This document shows, piece by piece, positions 28,354-37,061 of a DNA stretch of 64,000 nt. The DNA is taken from assembly GCA_021604805.1 (NCBI GenBank), contig BQJR01000002.1, forward strand, positions 936,391 to 1,000,390, in the 5' to 3' direction. Position numbers and translations under genes: made by a program. Position 1 is the stretch's first letter; every line of letters starts with the position of its first letter. The notes beneath the pieces are model-generated. The model was given only the letters and a program-made list of their open reading frames with translations, ran no database searches and was not told the origin of the DNA. The stretch is from Planctomycetota bacterium. GTDB lineage: Bacteria; Planctomycetota; B15-G4.

Positions 28354-29007
28354 CTACTCCGGGATGTCGATGCGCTCGCTCACCTTGTTGATCAGCGCGA
28401 ACTTCGCGCGACGGAAGAGTTCGCGCGCGGCGCCTTCCGTGGGTCGCCCGATCTGTTCGGCCACCCAGGCCCAGTCGCCCTTGGCGTAGAGGCGCGCGAT
28501 GATGACTTCGCGGTGGGCGTCGGTGAGTTCCTGCATGCACTCGTCCATCACTTGCAGCAACTCGTTCTGCGCGACGCGATCGCCCGGCATCATGATCGAC
28601 GCGGGCGGGTCGAACTGCAGCGAGCCGCTCGCCATCTTGGCGGAGATGTGCGTGAACACCTTCTCCTTGCGCTTGTCGCGCTTCTGCGCGTGGTGGTAGT
28701 CGACGGCCTCGCGGATCTTGTTCTCGGCCAGCCGCGAGAGCCACGCGATCAGGCTCGCTTCGTGACGCATCTCGAAGCGTTCGAAGGTCTTGATCGCCGC
28801 GATGAAGGTCTCTTGCAGGATGTCTTCCGCGTCGACGAGCTGGCGCATGTGCGGGCCGAGTCGGATGCGGCAGATGCGCAACACGCGGTCGTAGTAGCGC
28901 TCGAAGATCCGGTTGTAGGCCTGCAGGTCGCCGTCTTGCGCGCGCTCGACGAGCTCCAGCGAACGCGTGATGTCGTCGGCTGGGGGCTCGGGCGCGTCGC
29001 CACTCAT
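28354..29007 (-). CDS. ECF-type RNA polymerase sigma factor
   Basis: LVERAQDGDLQAYNRIFERY, DAEDILQETF, WLSRLAEN, and region 4 LTDAHREVI...VAEQIGRPTEGAARELFRRA. Confidence 0.9.
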   Translation of the reverse strand: MSGDAPEPPADDITRSLELVERAQDGDLQAYNRIFERYYDRVLRICRIRLGPHMRQLVDAEDILQETFIAAIKTFERFEMRHEASLIAWLSRLAENKIREAVDYHHAQKRDKRKEKVFTHISAKMASGSLQFDPPASIMMPGDRVAQNELLQVMDECMQELTDAHREVIIARLYAKGDWAWVAEQIGRPTEGAARELFRRAKFALINKVSERIDIPE

Positions 29008-29014
29008 CGCGGGC

Positions 29015-29887
29015 TCAGTCCCGGCGGCTGATCATGTCGGCGATCAGCCCGGCGAGCCCGGTTTGCAGCGACGCGACGAACAGGAACAGGCCGCCCTCGG
29101 CGAGGCCGTGCCCGTACACGAAGAACTCGTAGGCGGTCCAGGCCACGCCCGCGGTGAACAGCGCCATCGCGATCGGCATGAACACCTTGAGCGGCTCGAA
29201 GAACACCGACGCGCGCAGGATCAACACGAGGAAGTTGAACGTGTCGCGGATCGGGCGAATCTTGCTGCCGCCGATGCGCTGGTGGTAGTCGATCGGCACG
29301 TAGACCACGTGCTGGTTGCTGCCGAGCATGGCGAGCAAGGTGGTGGTCGTGAACGAGAAGCCGTCGCTCACCAAGCGGAAGTGGCGCGACACCGCTTCCT
29401 TGCCCATCACGCGCAGGCCCGAGTTGAGATCGGGGATCTTGTGGCCCGAGAGGTAGTTCGCGAGCCAGCGCAGGAAGGCCTTGGCCGGGCGACGGATCAG
29501 CGGGATGTGCACTGAGTCGCCGGTGCGCGAACCCACGACCATGTCGGCGCTCTCGTCGACCAAGCGGTGGTAGAGCTCGGGGATGCGCTCGTTGGGGTAG
29601 GTGCCGTCGGCGTCGGTGATCGTGATCACGTCGGCGAGGGCGCGGCGGATGCCCGTCTTGAGTGCGGCGCCGTAGCCGCGGTTGCGCGGGTGACGCAGCA
29701 GGCGCACGGCCGGCAGCTCGGCCACCAGCGAATCGACCTTGTCGGACGTGCCGTCGGTGCTGCCGTCGTCGACCACCACGATTTCGTGGGCCAGGCCCGA
29801 CTCGGCCATGGTCGCGGCGAGCTCGCGCAAGGTCGGCTCGATGCCGCCTGCCTCGTTGTAAGCCGGAATGATGATGGAGATGTCCAC
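29015..29887 (-). CDS. glycosyltransferase family 2
   Basis: IIIPAYNE, VVDDGSTDGT, NRGYGAALKTG, ITDADGTYP, DLNSGLR and two C-terminal TMs. Confidence 0.93.
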   Translation of the reverse strand: MDISIIIPAYNEAGGIEPTLRELAATMAESGLAHEIVVVDDGSTDGTSDKVDSLVAELPAVRLLRHPRNRGYGAALKTGIRRALADVITITDADGTYPNERIPELYHRLVDESADMVVGSRTGDSVHIPLIRRPAKAFLRWLANYLSGHKIPDLNSGLRVMGKEAVSRHFRLVSDGFSFTTTTLLAMLGSNQHVVYVPIDYHQRIGGSKIRPIRDTFNFLVLILRASVFFEPLKVFMPIAMALFTAGVAWTAYEFFVYGHGLAEGGLFLFVASLQTGLAGLIADMISRRD

Positions 29888-30002
29888 GGGCGCGGATCCT
29901 ATCAGTCCGAGGCGGCTGTCCGAGGGCTGCGTCCTGGCAGCAAGCCGTCGCTATGCTGAGGCGACGGGAACATCCTCCCGCTCTGATCCGTCCAAGGCCG
30001 CC

Positions 30003-31607
30003 ATGACCACGCTTCAGCCCACCCGCCGCCTGCACGCCAGCCGTCCCGCCGAGGCTGGCGTTTCCGTGGTGCTCGTGCTGCTCTCGCTGCTGTTCATGGT
30101 GGTGCTCGTGTTCCAGCTCGACTTCGCGGCCCACGTGGAGAGCGATCGCGCGCTCAACCAAGTGGAAGCGGTCAAGCTGCGCTACCTGGCCGAGGCTTGC
30201 TTGCTGCAGGCGCAATCCTCGTTGCTGCTCGACCTGGAAGAGGCGGAGGACGGTGCGAGCGGCGCCGGCGGCGACCCGCTCTCCAATGCCGGCGAAGAAG
30301 ACGGTGGCGACGACGGCGGTCCCGGCGGCAGCGCCGCACTCGACGCCGCGCAGGTCACGGGCAGCACCGACAGCTTGCTCGACGAGTGGAGCAACAGCGC
30401 CTCGCTGATCCCGCCCATGGGCGACGACTGGGACATCCTCGTCGAGGTCGAAGACGAAGACTCCAAGATCAACCTGCTCGGCATCTGGACCGAAGACGAG
30501 GAGATCCAGGAGGAGTGGCGCGAGATCGTCACCCGCTTGCTCGATCGCGCCTTCGAAGGCACCAGCCTCGACTTCTCCGCGCTCGACGCCACCGACATCG
30601 TGGGCGACCTCGACGAGTGGGCCAGCGGTCAACGCGGGAGTTTCCAGCGCGTGCCCGTGCCGCCGCGCAAGCAGAGCCAGGCGCAAGACGAAGCCGAGCT
30701 GTCCGAGCTCGACACCGACATCATCGATCGCGAAGAGCAGCACTACCCGCTCACCCTGCGCGAGCTCGCCTTCCACGAGAAGGTGCGCATGGAGCACCTC
30801 GTGGGCTTCGTGGAGGACGACGTCTTCTACCCGGGGCTCGAGCGCTACCTCACGATCTGGAGCGAGCTCGAACTCAAATCGCCGGCCTCGGAGCTCGAAG
30901 AGGATCCCTTCGGCGAGAGCCCGCTGAGCAACAACGACGACGACGACGAAGAAGACCCCGACGCCGAGGACGACGAAGACGCCGCCGACAACAGTGACCT
31001 CGAAGTGCAGCCCACGCTCGACGGCCGCGTGAACGTGAACACCGCCCCGCTCGCCGTGCTGCGCGCCCTGGCCCCGGACGACATCCCGACCAGTTTCCTC
31101 GAAACCCTCGTGGAGTTCCGCGAGCGCGTGCTCGAGGAAGCCAGCACGATCCAAGAAGAGCGATTCTCCGACCGTCGTGCCGCGGCCGATCCCGACAACC
31201 GCTCCTTGCTCGACGACGACCCCGAAGAGCCCTACGACGAAGAAGACGACCCGACCCGCTTCGTGTTCCAGGCAGCCGACGAGGTCTTCGACAAGATCGA
31301 GGAGGAGATGGAGCTCTCGGTCTTCACCGACGATGCCGATCGACGCGAGTTTGAGTCCAAGTTAGGCGTCGAAAGCCAGGTCTTTACGATCAAGATCACC
31401 ATCTCTGAGCCGCAGGATCCGCTGAACCCCACGGGCCTCGGCGCGCGCCGCAGCTTCCGCGCCGTGATCTGGCGTGCACTCACCCCCGACGGCCCGCGGA
31501 TCATCCCGCTGATGCCGCTGGAGAGCTACCGCGACCCGCGCCGCATCCCCGATGATCTGCCCTACAAGGCCGATGAACTCGCGGAGGCTCGCGCCGCCTT
31601 CCGTTGA
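30003..31607 (+). CDS. gspK: type II secretion minor pseudopilin GspK-like protein
   Basis: AG|VSVVLVLLSLL prepilin-like N-terminus, VEDEDSKINL and GRVNVNTAPLAVLRAL. Contains acidic insertions. Confidence 0.75.
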   Translation: MTTLQPTRRLHASRPAEAGVSVVLVLLSLLFMVVLVFQLDFAAHVESDRALNQVEAVKLRYLAEACLLQAQSSLLLDLEEAEDGASGAGGDPLSNAGEEDGGDDGGPGGSAALDAAQVTGSTDSLLDEWSNSASLIPPMGDDWDILVEVEDEDSKINLLGIWTEDEEIQEEWREIVTRLLDRAFEGTSLDFSALDATDIVGDLDEWASGQRGSFQRVPVPPRKQSQAQDEAELSELDTDIIDREEQHYPLTLRELAFHEKVRMEHLVGFVEDDVFYPGLERYLTIWSELELKSPASELEEDPFGESPLSNNDDDDEEDPDAEDDEDAADNSDLEVQPTLDGRVNVNTAPLAVLRALAPDDIPTSFLETLVEFRERVLEEASTIQEERFSDRRAAADPDNRSLLDDDPEEPYDEEDDPTRFVFQAADEVFDKIEEEMELSVFTDDADRREFESKLGVESQVFTIKITISEPQDPLNPTGLGARRSFRAVIWRALTPDGPRIIPLMPLESYRDPRRIPDDLPYKADELAEARAAFR

Positions 31608-31686
31608 CCGCTCGGCGCTGCGCTTCCTATCATGCGGGGCTCGTCAACCCGCGCCGGGTTGCCCGATTCAGGAAGCCCCCCAAGCC

Positions 31687-32760
31687 TTGATCCTCCTGCT
31701 CCAGTCGGACGCCAGCGCTCCTCAGCGGAGCCGGCTCCAAGCCGCCCTCTCAGCCCTCGGTCTGAGCGCGGACGCGGTGCGTCTCGGCGAACGCCACGCG
31801 ATGGTGCTCACGTCGCCGACCGACCTGCCTGCCGACTCGCTCGCGCGACTCGAAGGTGTCGAGCGCGTGCTTCCGCTCGAACAGCGCACGAGCTTGGTGA
31901 GCGAAACCTTCCGCGAAGGCGGGACCACGGTTTCGATGGGCACGGCGCGCTTCGGCGGCGGTTGGATGGGTCTCATCGCGGGGCCGTGCACGGTGGAGTC
32001 GGAGGAGGCGCTCGAGCAGATCGCGCGTCTCGTGAAGGAAGCCGGCGCCTGCGCGTTGCGCGGCGGCGTGTTCAAGGTGCGCACCTCGCCGCACAGTTAC
32101 CAAGGCGGTGGGCTCGACGCGCTGCAACGCATGCATCGCGTGTCGCGTCGTGTGGGCTTGCCGTTCCTCACCGAGTTCACCGACCCGCGCCAAGTGTCGG
32201 TGGCCGGCGAACTCGTCGACGGTGTGCAGATCGGCGCGCGTCACATGCAGAACTTCCCGCTGCTCACCGAAGTCGCGGCGCTCGGCAAACCGATCATGCT
32301 CAAGCGTCACATGGGCGCGGGTGTCGACGAGTGGCTCAGCGCCGCCGAGTACATCCTCAAGGCCGGCAACGAGCAGGTCGTGTTGTGTGAGCGCGGCGTG
32401 CGCAGCCCCGATCGTCATGTGCGCTTCCTGCTCGACGTGAGCGTGGTGCCGTACCTCAAGAGCCGCATCGGCTTGCCCGTGCTCGTGGATCCGAGTCATG
32501 CCGCGGGCGACTGGCGCTTGGTGCCCGCGTTGGCCAAGGCCGCCGTGGCCGCAGGCGCCGACGGCCTGCTCATCGAAGCGCATCCCGCACCCGAATCCAC
32601 CCGTTGCGACGCGTCCCAAGCGCTGCCGCCTGCCGACCTGCGCGCGCTCATGACCTACGTGCGCGAGCTGCTCAAGCTCGACGGTCGGCGCCTCAGTGAC
32701 GGCGCGTTGGCCCCCAGCGCCGACGACCAACCCTCCAGCCCCCGCGCCGCGAGCGCCTAA
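31687..32760 (+). CDS. aroF: 3-deoxy-7-phosphoheptulonate (DAHP) synthase, class I-beta, with N-terminal regulatory domain
   Basis: IAGPCTVES, LRGGVFKVRTSPHSYQG, QIGARHMQNF, LCERG, VDPSHA and GADGLLIEAHP. TTG start after AGGAAG. Confidence 0.85.
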   Translation: MILLLQSDASAPQRSRLQAALSALGLSADAVRLGERHAMVLTSPTDLPADSLARLEGVERVLPLEQRTSLVSETFREGGTTVSMGTARFGGGWMGLIAGPCTVESEEALEQIARLVKEAGACALRGGVFKVRTSPHSYQGGGLDALQRMHRVSRRVGLPFLTEFTDPRQVSVAGELVDGVQIGARHMQNFPLLTEVAALGKPIMLKRHMGAGVDEWLSAAEYILKAGNEQVVLCERGVRSPDRHVRFLLDVSVVPYLKSRIGLPVLVDPSHAAGDWRLVPALAKAAVAAGADGLLIEAHPAPESTRCDASQALPPADLRALMTYVRELLKLDGRRLSDGALAPSADDQPSSPRAASA

Positions 32761-32766
32761 GGAGTC

Positions 32767-33534
32767 ATGCGTAAGCCCTACATCGCCGCCAACTGGAAGA
32801 TGAACCTCGACGCCGACGCCATCGACGAGTTCTGCGCGGAGCTCTCCGAGTTCCTGCTCGACTTCGATGCCGTGCGCGTCGGCGTGTTCCCGCCGTCGCT
32901 GTACTTGCCGCAAGTGGTGCGCGCACTCGCGGGCACCGGCGCTGTCGTCGGCGCGCAGAGCTGCCGTCCCGAAGCGAGCGGCGCGTTCACCGGCGAGATC
33001 GCCGCGCGCATGGTCGCCGACGTGGGCGCCAAGGCCACGCTCATCGGCCACAGTGAACGTCGCCAGATCTTCGGCGAGACCGACGCCGACGTGGTGGCAC
33101 GTCGCGACGCCGCGCTCGCCGAGGGCCTCGACGTGATCCTGTGCGTGGGCGAAACACTCGAAGAGCGCGAAGCCGGCCGCACGAACGAAGTCGTGATCGG
33201 TCAGCTCGAAGCCGCGCTCGCCGACCTCACCCCCGACGTGGTGCGCGAGCGCGTCACGCTGGCTTACGAACCCGTCTGGGCCATCGGCACCGGCAAGACC
33301 GCCACGCCCGACCAAGCGCAGGAAGTGCACGCCAGCATTCGCGCGCGTCTCGCGGAAGGCCTCGGCGGCGAAGTCGCTTCGGCCACGATCATTCAATACG
33401 GCGGCAGCGTGAAGCCCGACAACGTGTCGGAACTCATGGCCTGTCCCGATGTGGACGGCGCCCTCGTAGGTGGCGCCTCCTTGCAACTCGAATCCTTCGT
33501 CGCCCTGCTCAGGGGCGGCCAACCTGGAGCCTGA
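32767..33534 (+). CDS. tpiA: triosephosphate isomerase
   Basis: AANWKMN, GAFTGEI, IGHSERR, AYEPVWAIGTG, YGGSVKP and GALVGGASL. Confidence 0.98.
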   Translation: MRKPYIAANWKMNLDADAIDEFCAELSEFLLDFDAVRVGVFPPSLYLPQVVRALAGTGAVVGAQSCRPEASGAFTGEIAARMVADVGAKATLIGHSERRQIFGETDADVVARRDAALAEGLDVILCVGETLEEREAGRTNEVVIGQLEAALADLTPDVVRERVTLAYEPVWAIGTGKTATPDQAQEVHASIRARLAEGLGGEVASATIIQYGGSVKPDNVSELMACPDVDGALVGGASLQLESFVALLRGGQPGA

Positions 33535-33536
33535 TC

Positions 33537-33887
33537 ATGGGCATCGTCGAAGGCATCCTCTGGGTCCTTTTCGTTCTGGCCTGCCTGCTGATCTCAGCGG
33601 TCATCCTGCTCCAAGAGGGCAAGGGTGGCGGCCTCGGTGACGCCTTCGGCGGCGCCGGCGCGCAGACCTTCGGTGTGAAGGCCGGCGGCATCACCAAGTT
33701 CACCGGCTACCTGGCCGTGGGCATCGTGGTGCTCGCCGTGGTCATCACGCAGATCCGTTCGAGCTCGTCGTCGGTGGCGGATTCGCTGTCCGACGGCACC
33801 GCGGGCGACGCAGGCCTCTCGGTGCCCGCCGGTGCCGAAGTCGGTGTCGAGACCGAGCCGGCGGTTCCCGCCGGCGACGACGGCTGA
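33537..33887 (+). CDS. secG: preprotein translocase subunit SecG
   Basis: TM followed by ILLQEGKGGGLGDAFGGAG..TFG and a second TM. Classic position after tpiA. Confidence 0.93.
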   Translation: MGIVEGILWVLFVLACLLISAVILLQEGKGGGLGDAFGGAGAQTFGVKAGGITKFTGYLAVGIVVLAVVITQIRSSSSSVADSLSDGTAGDAGLSVPAGAEVGVETEPAVPAGDDG

Positions 33888-33908
33888 CTTCGGGAAGGCC
33901 GCCGCAGC

Positions 33909-34781
33909 TTGTCGACCTTGCACTCCATGACCGGTTTCGGCCGCGCGCAGCTCGAAGCGAGCGGCGTGCGCGTCTCCGTTGAGTTGCGCAGCGTGAACGC
34001 GCGCGGGCTGAGCCTGCGCTGTCGTCTGCCCGCCGAGTGGTCGGCTCAGGAAGCGCGCCTCGAGCGAGAGTTGCGCAAGCACCTCGCGCGCGGCAGCGTC
34101 GACCTCACGGCTCGCGTGGAGCGCGCGGGCCCGGCGCCCGCGCCGCGCATCGACCGCAACGTGCTCGCGCACTACCGTCGCGAACTCGACAAGCTCGGCA
34201 CGCCCGCCGTCGACGGCGGCAACCTGTTGCGCTTGCCCGGCGTGGTCAGCGTGAAGGAGCCCAAGCTCTCGAGCACGCAGGTCGAGCGGCTGATGCTCGC
34301 GGCGTTGCGCGAGGCGCTGCAGGCCTTGCTCGACAGCCGTTCGCGCGAAGGGGCGCGGCTCGCGCGCGTGATGCGACGCGAACGCACGGTGCTCGCTCGT
34401 CAGCGCGTGGCCGTGTCACGTTCGGCGCCGCGTGTCGTGCGCCAGGCCCACGACAGCATGCGCCGTCGTCTCGACCAGCTGCTCGGCGACGCGAAGGTGC
34501 CGAGTGACGACCCGACCCTGCTGCGCGAAGTCGCCGTGCTCGCCGACCGCAGCGACGTCACCGAAGAACTCGATCGCCTCGCCAGCCACGAACAAGCCTT
34601 CGACGAGTTGCTCGCGCGCGAAGCCCCCGTGGGCCGCGAGCTCGACTTCCTGCTGCAAGAGATGGGGCGCGAGCTCAACACGCTGGGCAGCAAGTCGGGC
34701 GAAGTGTCGATCACGCAGCGCGTGATCGCGATGAAGAGCGCCGTGGACCGGCTGCGCGAACAGGCGGCGAACATCCAATGA
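33909..34781 (+). CDS. yicC: YicC/YloC family endoribonuclease
   Basis: SMTGFGRA, ELRSVN, DVTEELDRLASH, GRELDFLLQEMGRELNTLGSKS and REQAANIQ. Lies upstream of gmk. Confidence 0.95.
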   Translation: MSTLHSMTGFGRAQLEASGVRVSVELRSVNARGLSLRCRLPAEWSAQEARLERELRKHLARGSVDLTARVERAGPAPAPRIDRNVLAHYRRELDKLGTPAVDGGNLLRLPGVVSVKEPKLSSTQVERLMLAALREALQALLDSRSREGARLARVMRRERTVLARQRVAVSRSAPRVVRQAHDSMRRRLDQLLGDAKVPSDDPTLLREVAVLADRSDVTEELDRLASHEQAFDELLAREAPVGRELDFLLQEMGRELNTLGSKSGEVSITQRVIAMKSAVDRLREQAANIQ

Positions 34782-35368
34782 GCACCGCGAAACCGCAAGC
34801 CGGCCAGCTGGTCGTGATCTCGGGCCCCAGCGGCTCGGGCAAGACGAGCATCATCGAGCGACTGCGCGCGCACCCGCGCGTGCAAGTGTCGGTGTCGGTC
34901 ACCACGCGCAAGCCGCGCGCGGGAGAGGTCGACGGCGTGCACTACACCTTCGTCGACCGGGACACCTTCTTGGAGATGAATGCCGCGGGCCGTTTCGTGG
35001 AGACCAACGACGTGTTCGGCAACGGCACGCTCTACGGTTCCGACAGCCGCGAGCTGGCCGAGGCGCTGGCCGAACCCGAGCGCGTGTACATCATGGAAGT
35101 CGACACGCTCGGCGCGCGCAACATCCGCAAGGCCGGTTACGAAGGCACCTACATCTTCATCGCGCCGCCCGACGCCGCCACGCTCGAGCAGCGTCTGCGC
35201 TCGCGCGGCACCGACAACAACACCGAGATCGAACGCCGCCTCGGTCGTGCCGCCGAAGAGCGCGCCATGGCCGAAGCCGACGGCACGCTCATCGTGACCA
35301 ACGACACGATCGAGAACGCCGCGCGCAGGATCCTCGACACGCTGGGCCTGGACCCTGCCAACACCTGA
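34778..35368 (+). CDS. gmk: guanylate kinase
   Basis: ISGPSGSGKT, SVTTRKPRAGEVDGVHYTF, IFIAPP and LEQRLRSRGTD. Confidence 0.96.
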   Translation: MSTAKPQAGQLVVISGPSGSGKTSIIERLRAHPRVQVSVSVTTRKPRAGEVDGVHYTFVDRDTFLEMNAAGRFVETNDVFGNGTLYGSDSRELAEALAEPERVYIMEVDTLGARNIRKAGYEGTYIFIAPPDAATLEQRLRSRGTDNNTEIERRLGRAAEERAMAEADGTLIVTNDTIENAARRILDTLGLDPANT

Positions 35369-35438
35369 CACCGACGCGACCTCCGCTCGCGAGGTCGACC
35401 GCACCGAACACACCGAACACCACAACGAGGTCACTCAA

Positions 35439-35876
35439 ATGGATCGCACCAAGGTCATGGAGCTCGCCGAGAAGTCCGGCGGACTGTTCCGACTCACTGT
35501 GCTGCTGCAGAAGCGCGTGCGCGAGCTGGTCAACGGCGCGCGTCCGCTCGTGGAGATCGACGACGACAACCCGATCAACATCGCCATGCGCGAGATCGAG
35601 GAGGACGCCATCGAGCTCGTCGACCTCTCCGAGCAGGAGATCAAGGCGCTCGAGGCCGAGTCGCAGATGGCCAATGAGGAGGCCGAGATCCTCGAGGCCT
35701 TGCGCACGCGCGTCACGAGCGGTGGCGCTGCCGAAGCTGCCGCTGCGCCCGCCGAACCCGCCAAGAAGGCCACGAAGGCTGAGCCGGCCGCCAAGGCCGA
35801 GAAGGCCGAGAAGGCCGAGAAGGCCGAGAAGGCCGAGCCGGTGACCAACAAAGACGACGCTGGCAGCGACGACTGA
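35439..35876 (+). CDS. rpoZ: RNA polymerase omega subunit with long Ala/Glu/Lys-rich C-terminal tail
   Basis: GGLFRLTVLLQKRVRELVNGARPLV...PINIAMREI. Follows gmk. Confidence 0.88.
   Translation: MDRTKVMELAEKSGGLFRLTVLLQKRVRELVNGARPLVEIDDDNPINIAMREIEEDAIELVDLSEQEIKALEAESQMANEEAEILEALRTRVTSGGAAEAAAAPAEPAKKATKAEPAAKAEKAEKAEKAEKAEPVTNKDDAGSDD
35793..35837 (+). repeat. perfect tandem repeat (AAGGCCGAG)x5 encoding (KAE)5 in RpoZ
   Basis: Read directly from the sequence. Confidence 0.95.
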
Positions 35877-35887
35877 TCGAGCCTTTT

Positions 35888-35915
35888 CGCGGGCCCGGCG
35901 GCCGCCGGGTTCGCG
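35888..35915. terminator. GC-rich hairpin between the convergent rpoZ and PilZ genes, possible terminator
   Basis: CGCGGGCCCGGCG-GC-CGCCGGGTTCGCG inverted repeat with G-U pairs. No good U-tract on either side. Confidence 0.45.
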
Positions 35916-35918
35916 GGC

Positions 35919-36977
35919 TCAGTCCTCGCCTACGGAGGCGGCGAAGGCCGCTTCGTGGGCGAAATCCGCGAGGGCGCGGCGCTCCTTGAGTCGCACGGCG
36001 CAGAAGCGCGTGCCGAGCACGCGTCGCGTTCCGTTGCCGTCGCGCACGGACACGACCTCGGCGAGCGGCAGTCCTTGCACGGCGCCGTCGGTGTCGGAGA
36101 GCACGACGTAGAAGCGTTCGCCGCTGTCGACATCGTGTTCCACGATGAGACGCGCGCCGTCGGGTGAGATGTCTTCGATGGTCGCGGCGCGACGTCGCTC
36201 CCAGGCGGGCAGCACGCGCAACGCTTCGGGGTCGAGGCGTTCGCCCGCTTGCAGGCGTCCGCGCAGCGAGTAGGTGCCGGCGGTGCAGGGCAGCAACCAG
36301 GCCGCGATGCGACAGGCCACGCGGCGCGCCTTGCGACGGTTGTGCGGTGCGCCCACGAGCTCGTGACTCACGACCCACTCGCGGCAACCCGGCATCGGGC
36401 TGAGCAGCAGCGTGACTTCGAACTCGTCGCCGCCAGAGCCTTCGCGCTGGGCGAGCAGCTCGGTGCGGATCGACCACGGACAGTCTCTCGGTGCGACGAG
36501 CGCGAGGTTGCTCTCGTCGACCTGCACGACCCAGGCGCGCACGCGTTCGGCGCCCACGCTGTCGGAGGCGCGCAGCAGCAGCGGCTCGAAGAGCACCGGC
36601 GCGCCGGGCACGGCCGTGGGGCGCAAGCCGAGTTCTTCGCACAGCAGCGCCGCGCGCAGCGCGAAGCGTTCGGCTTGTTCGCGTTTGCGACAGCTTCCGA
36701 GTTCCGCGGCGAGACGTTGGCGCATCAAGTCGGGTGCGTCGAGCAGCGCGCGCGCCGTCTCGACGCCTTCACCGCACAGCACCTGCGCGGCGAACTGCGC
36801 GCTCGGAACCGAGAGGCCGTGAGCCGCTCCGACCGCGCGCACCAAATGGCGTGAGCGGCCGCGTTTCGAGAGCGCGGCGAGGCCCGCAGCGCCGGCGATC
36901 ACGGCACCCACCACGACCAGTTGGCTGGTCGCAGTAGCGATCCCCAGGGCTTGGGGAAAGAGATTGATGAGCGTCAT
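35919..36977 (-). CDS. membrane-anchored PilZ-domain (c-di-GMP receptor, YcgR-like) protein
   Basis: ATG 36977 and an N-terminal TM. C-terminal NRRKARR (RxxxR) and DISPDG (DxSxxG). The first ~840 aa of the track ORF is antisense shadow of ftsK. Confidence 0.8.
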   Translation of the reverse strand: MTLINLFPQALGIATATSQLVVVGAVIAGAAGLAALSKRGRSRHLVRAVGAAHGLSVPSAQFAAQVLCGEGVETARALLDAPDLMRQRLAAELGSCRKREQAERFALRAALLCEELGLRPTAVPGAPVLFEPLLLRASDSVGAERVRAWVVQVDESNLALVAPRDCPWSIRTELLAQREGSGGDEFEVTLLLSPMPGCREWVVSHELVGAPHNRRKARRVACRIAAWLLPCTAGTYSLRGRLQAGERLDPEALRVLPAWERRRAATIEDISPDGARLIVEHDVDSGERFYVVLSDTDGAVQGLPLAEVVSVRDGNGTRRVLGTRFCAVRLKERRALADFAHEAAFAASVGED

Positions 36978-37061
36978 TGTGGCGGCCACGATGGTCCCTT
37001 CTCGACCTGATGGGCTCATTGCTTGAGGCCCGTCCGTGGCCTCGCAGGCGCCGAAATCCAT

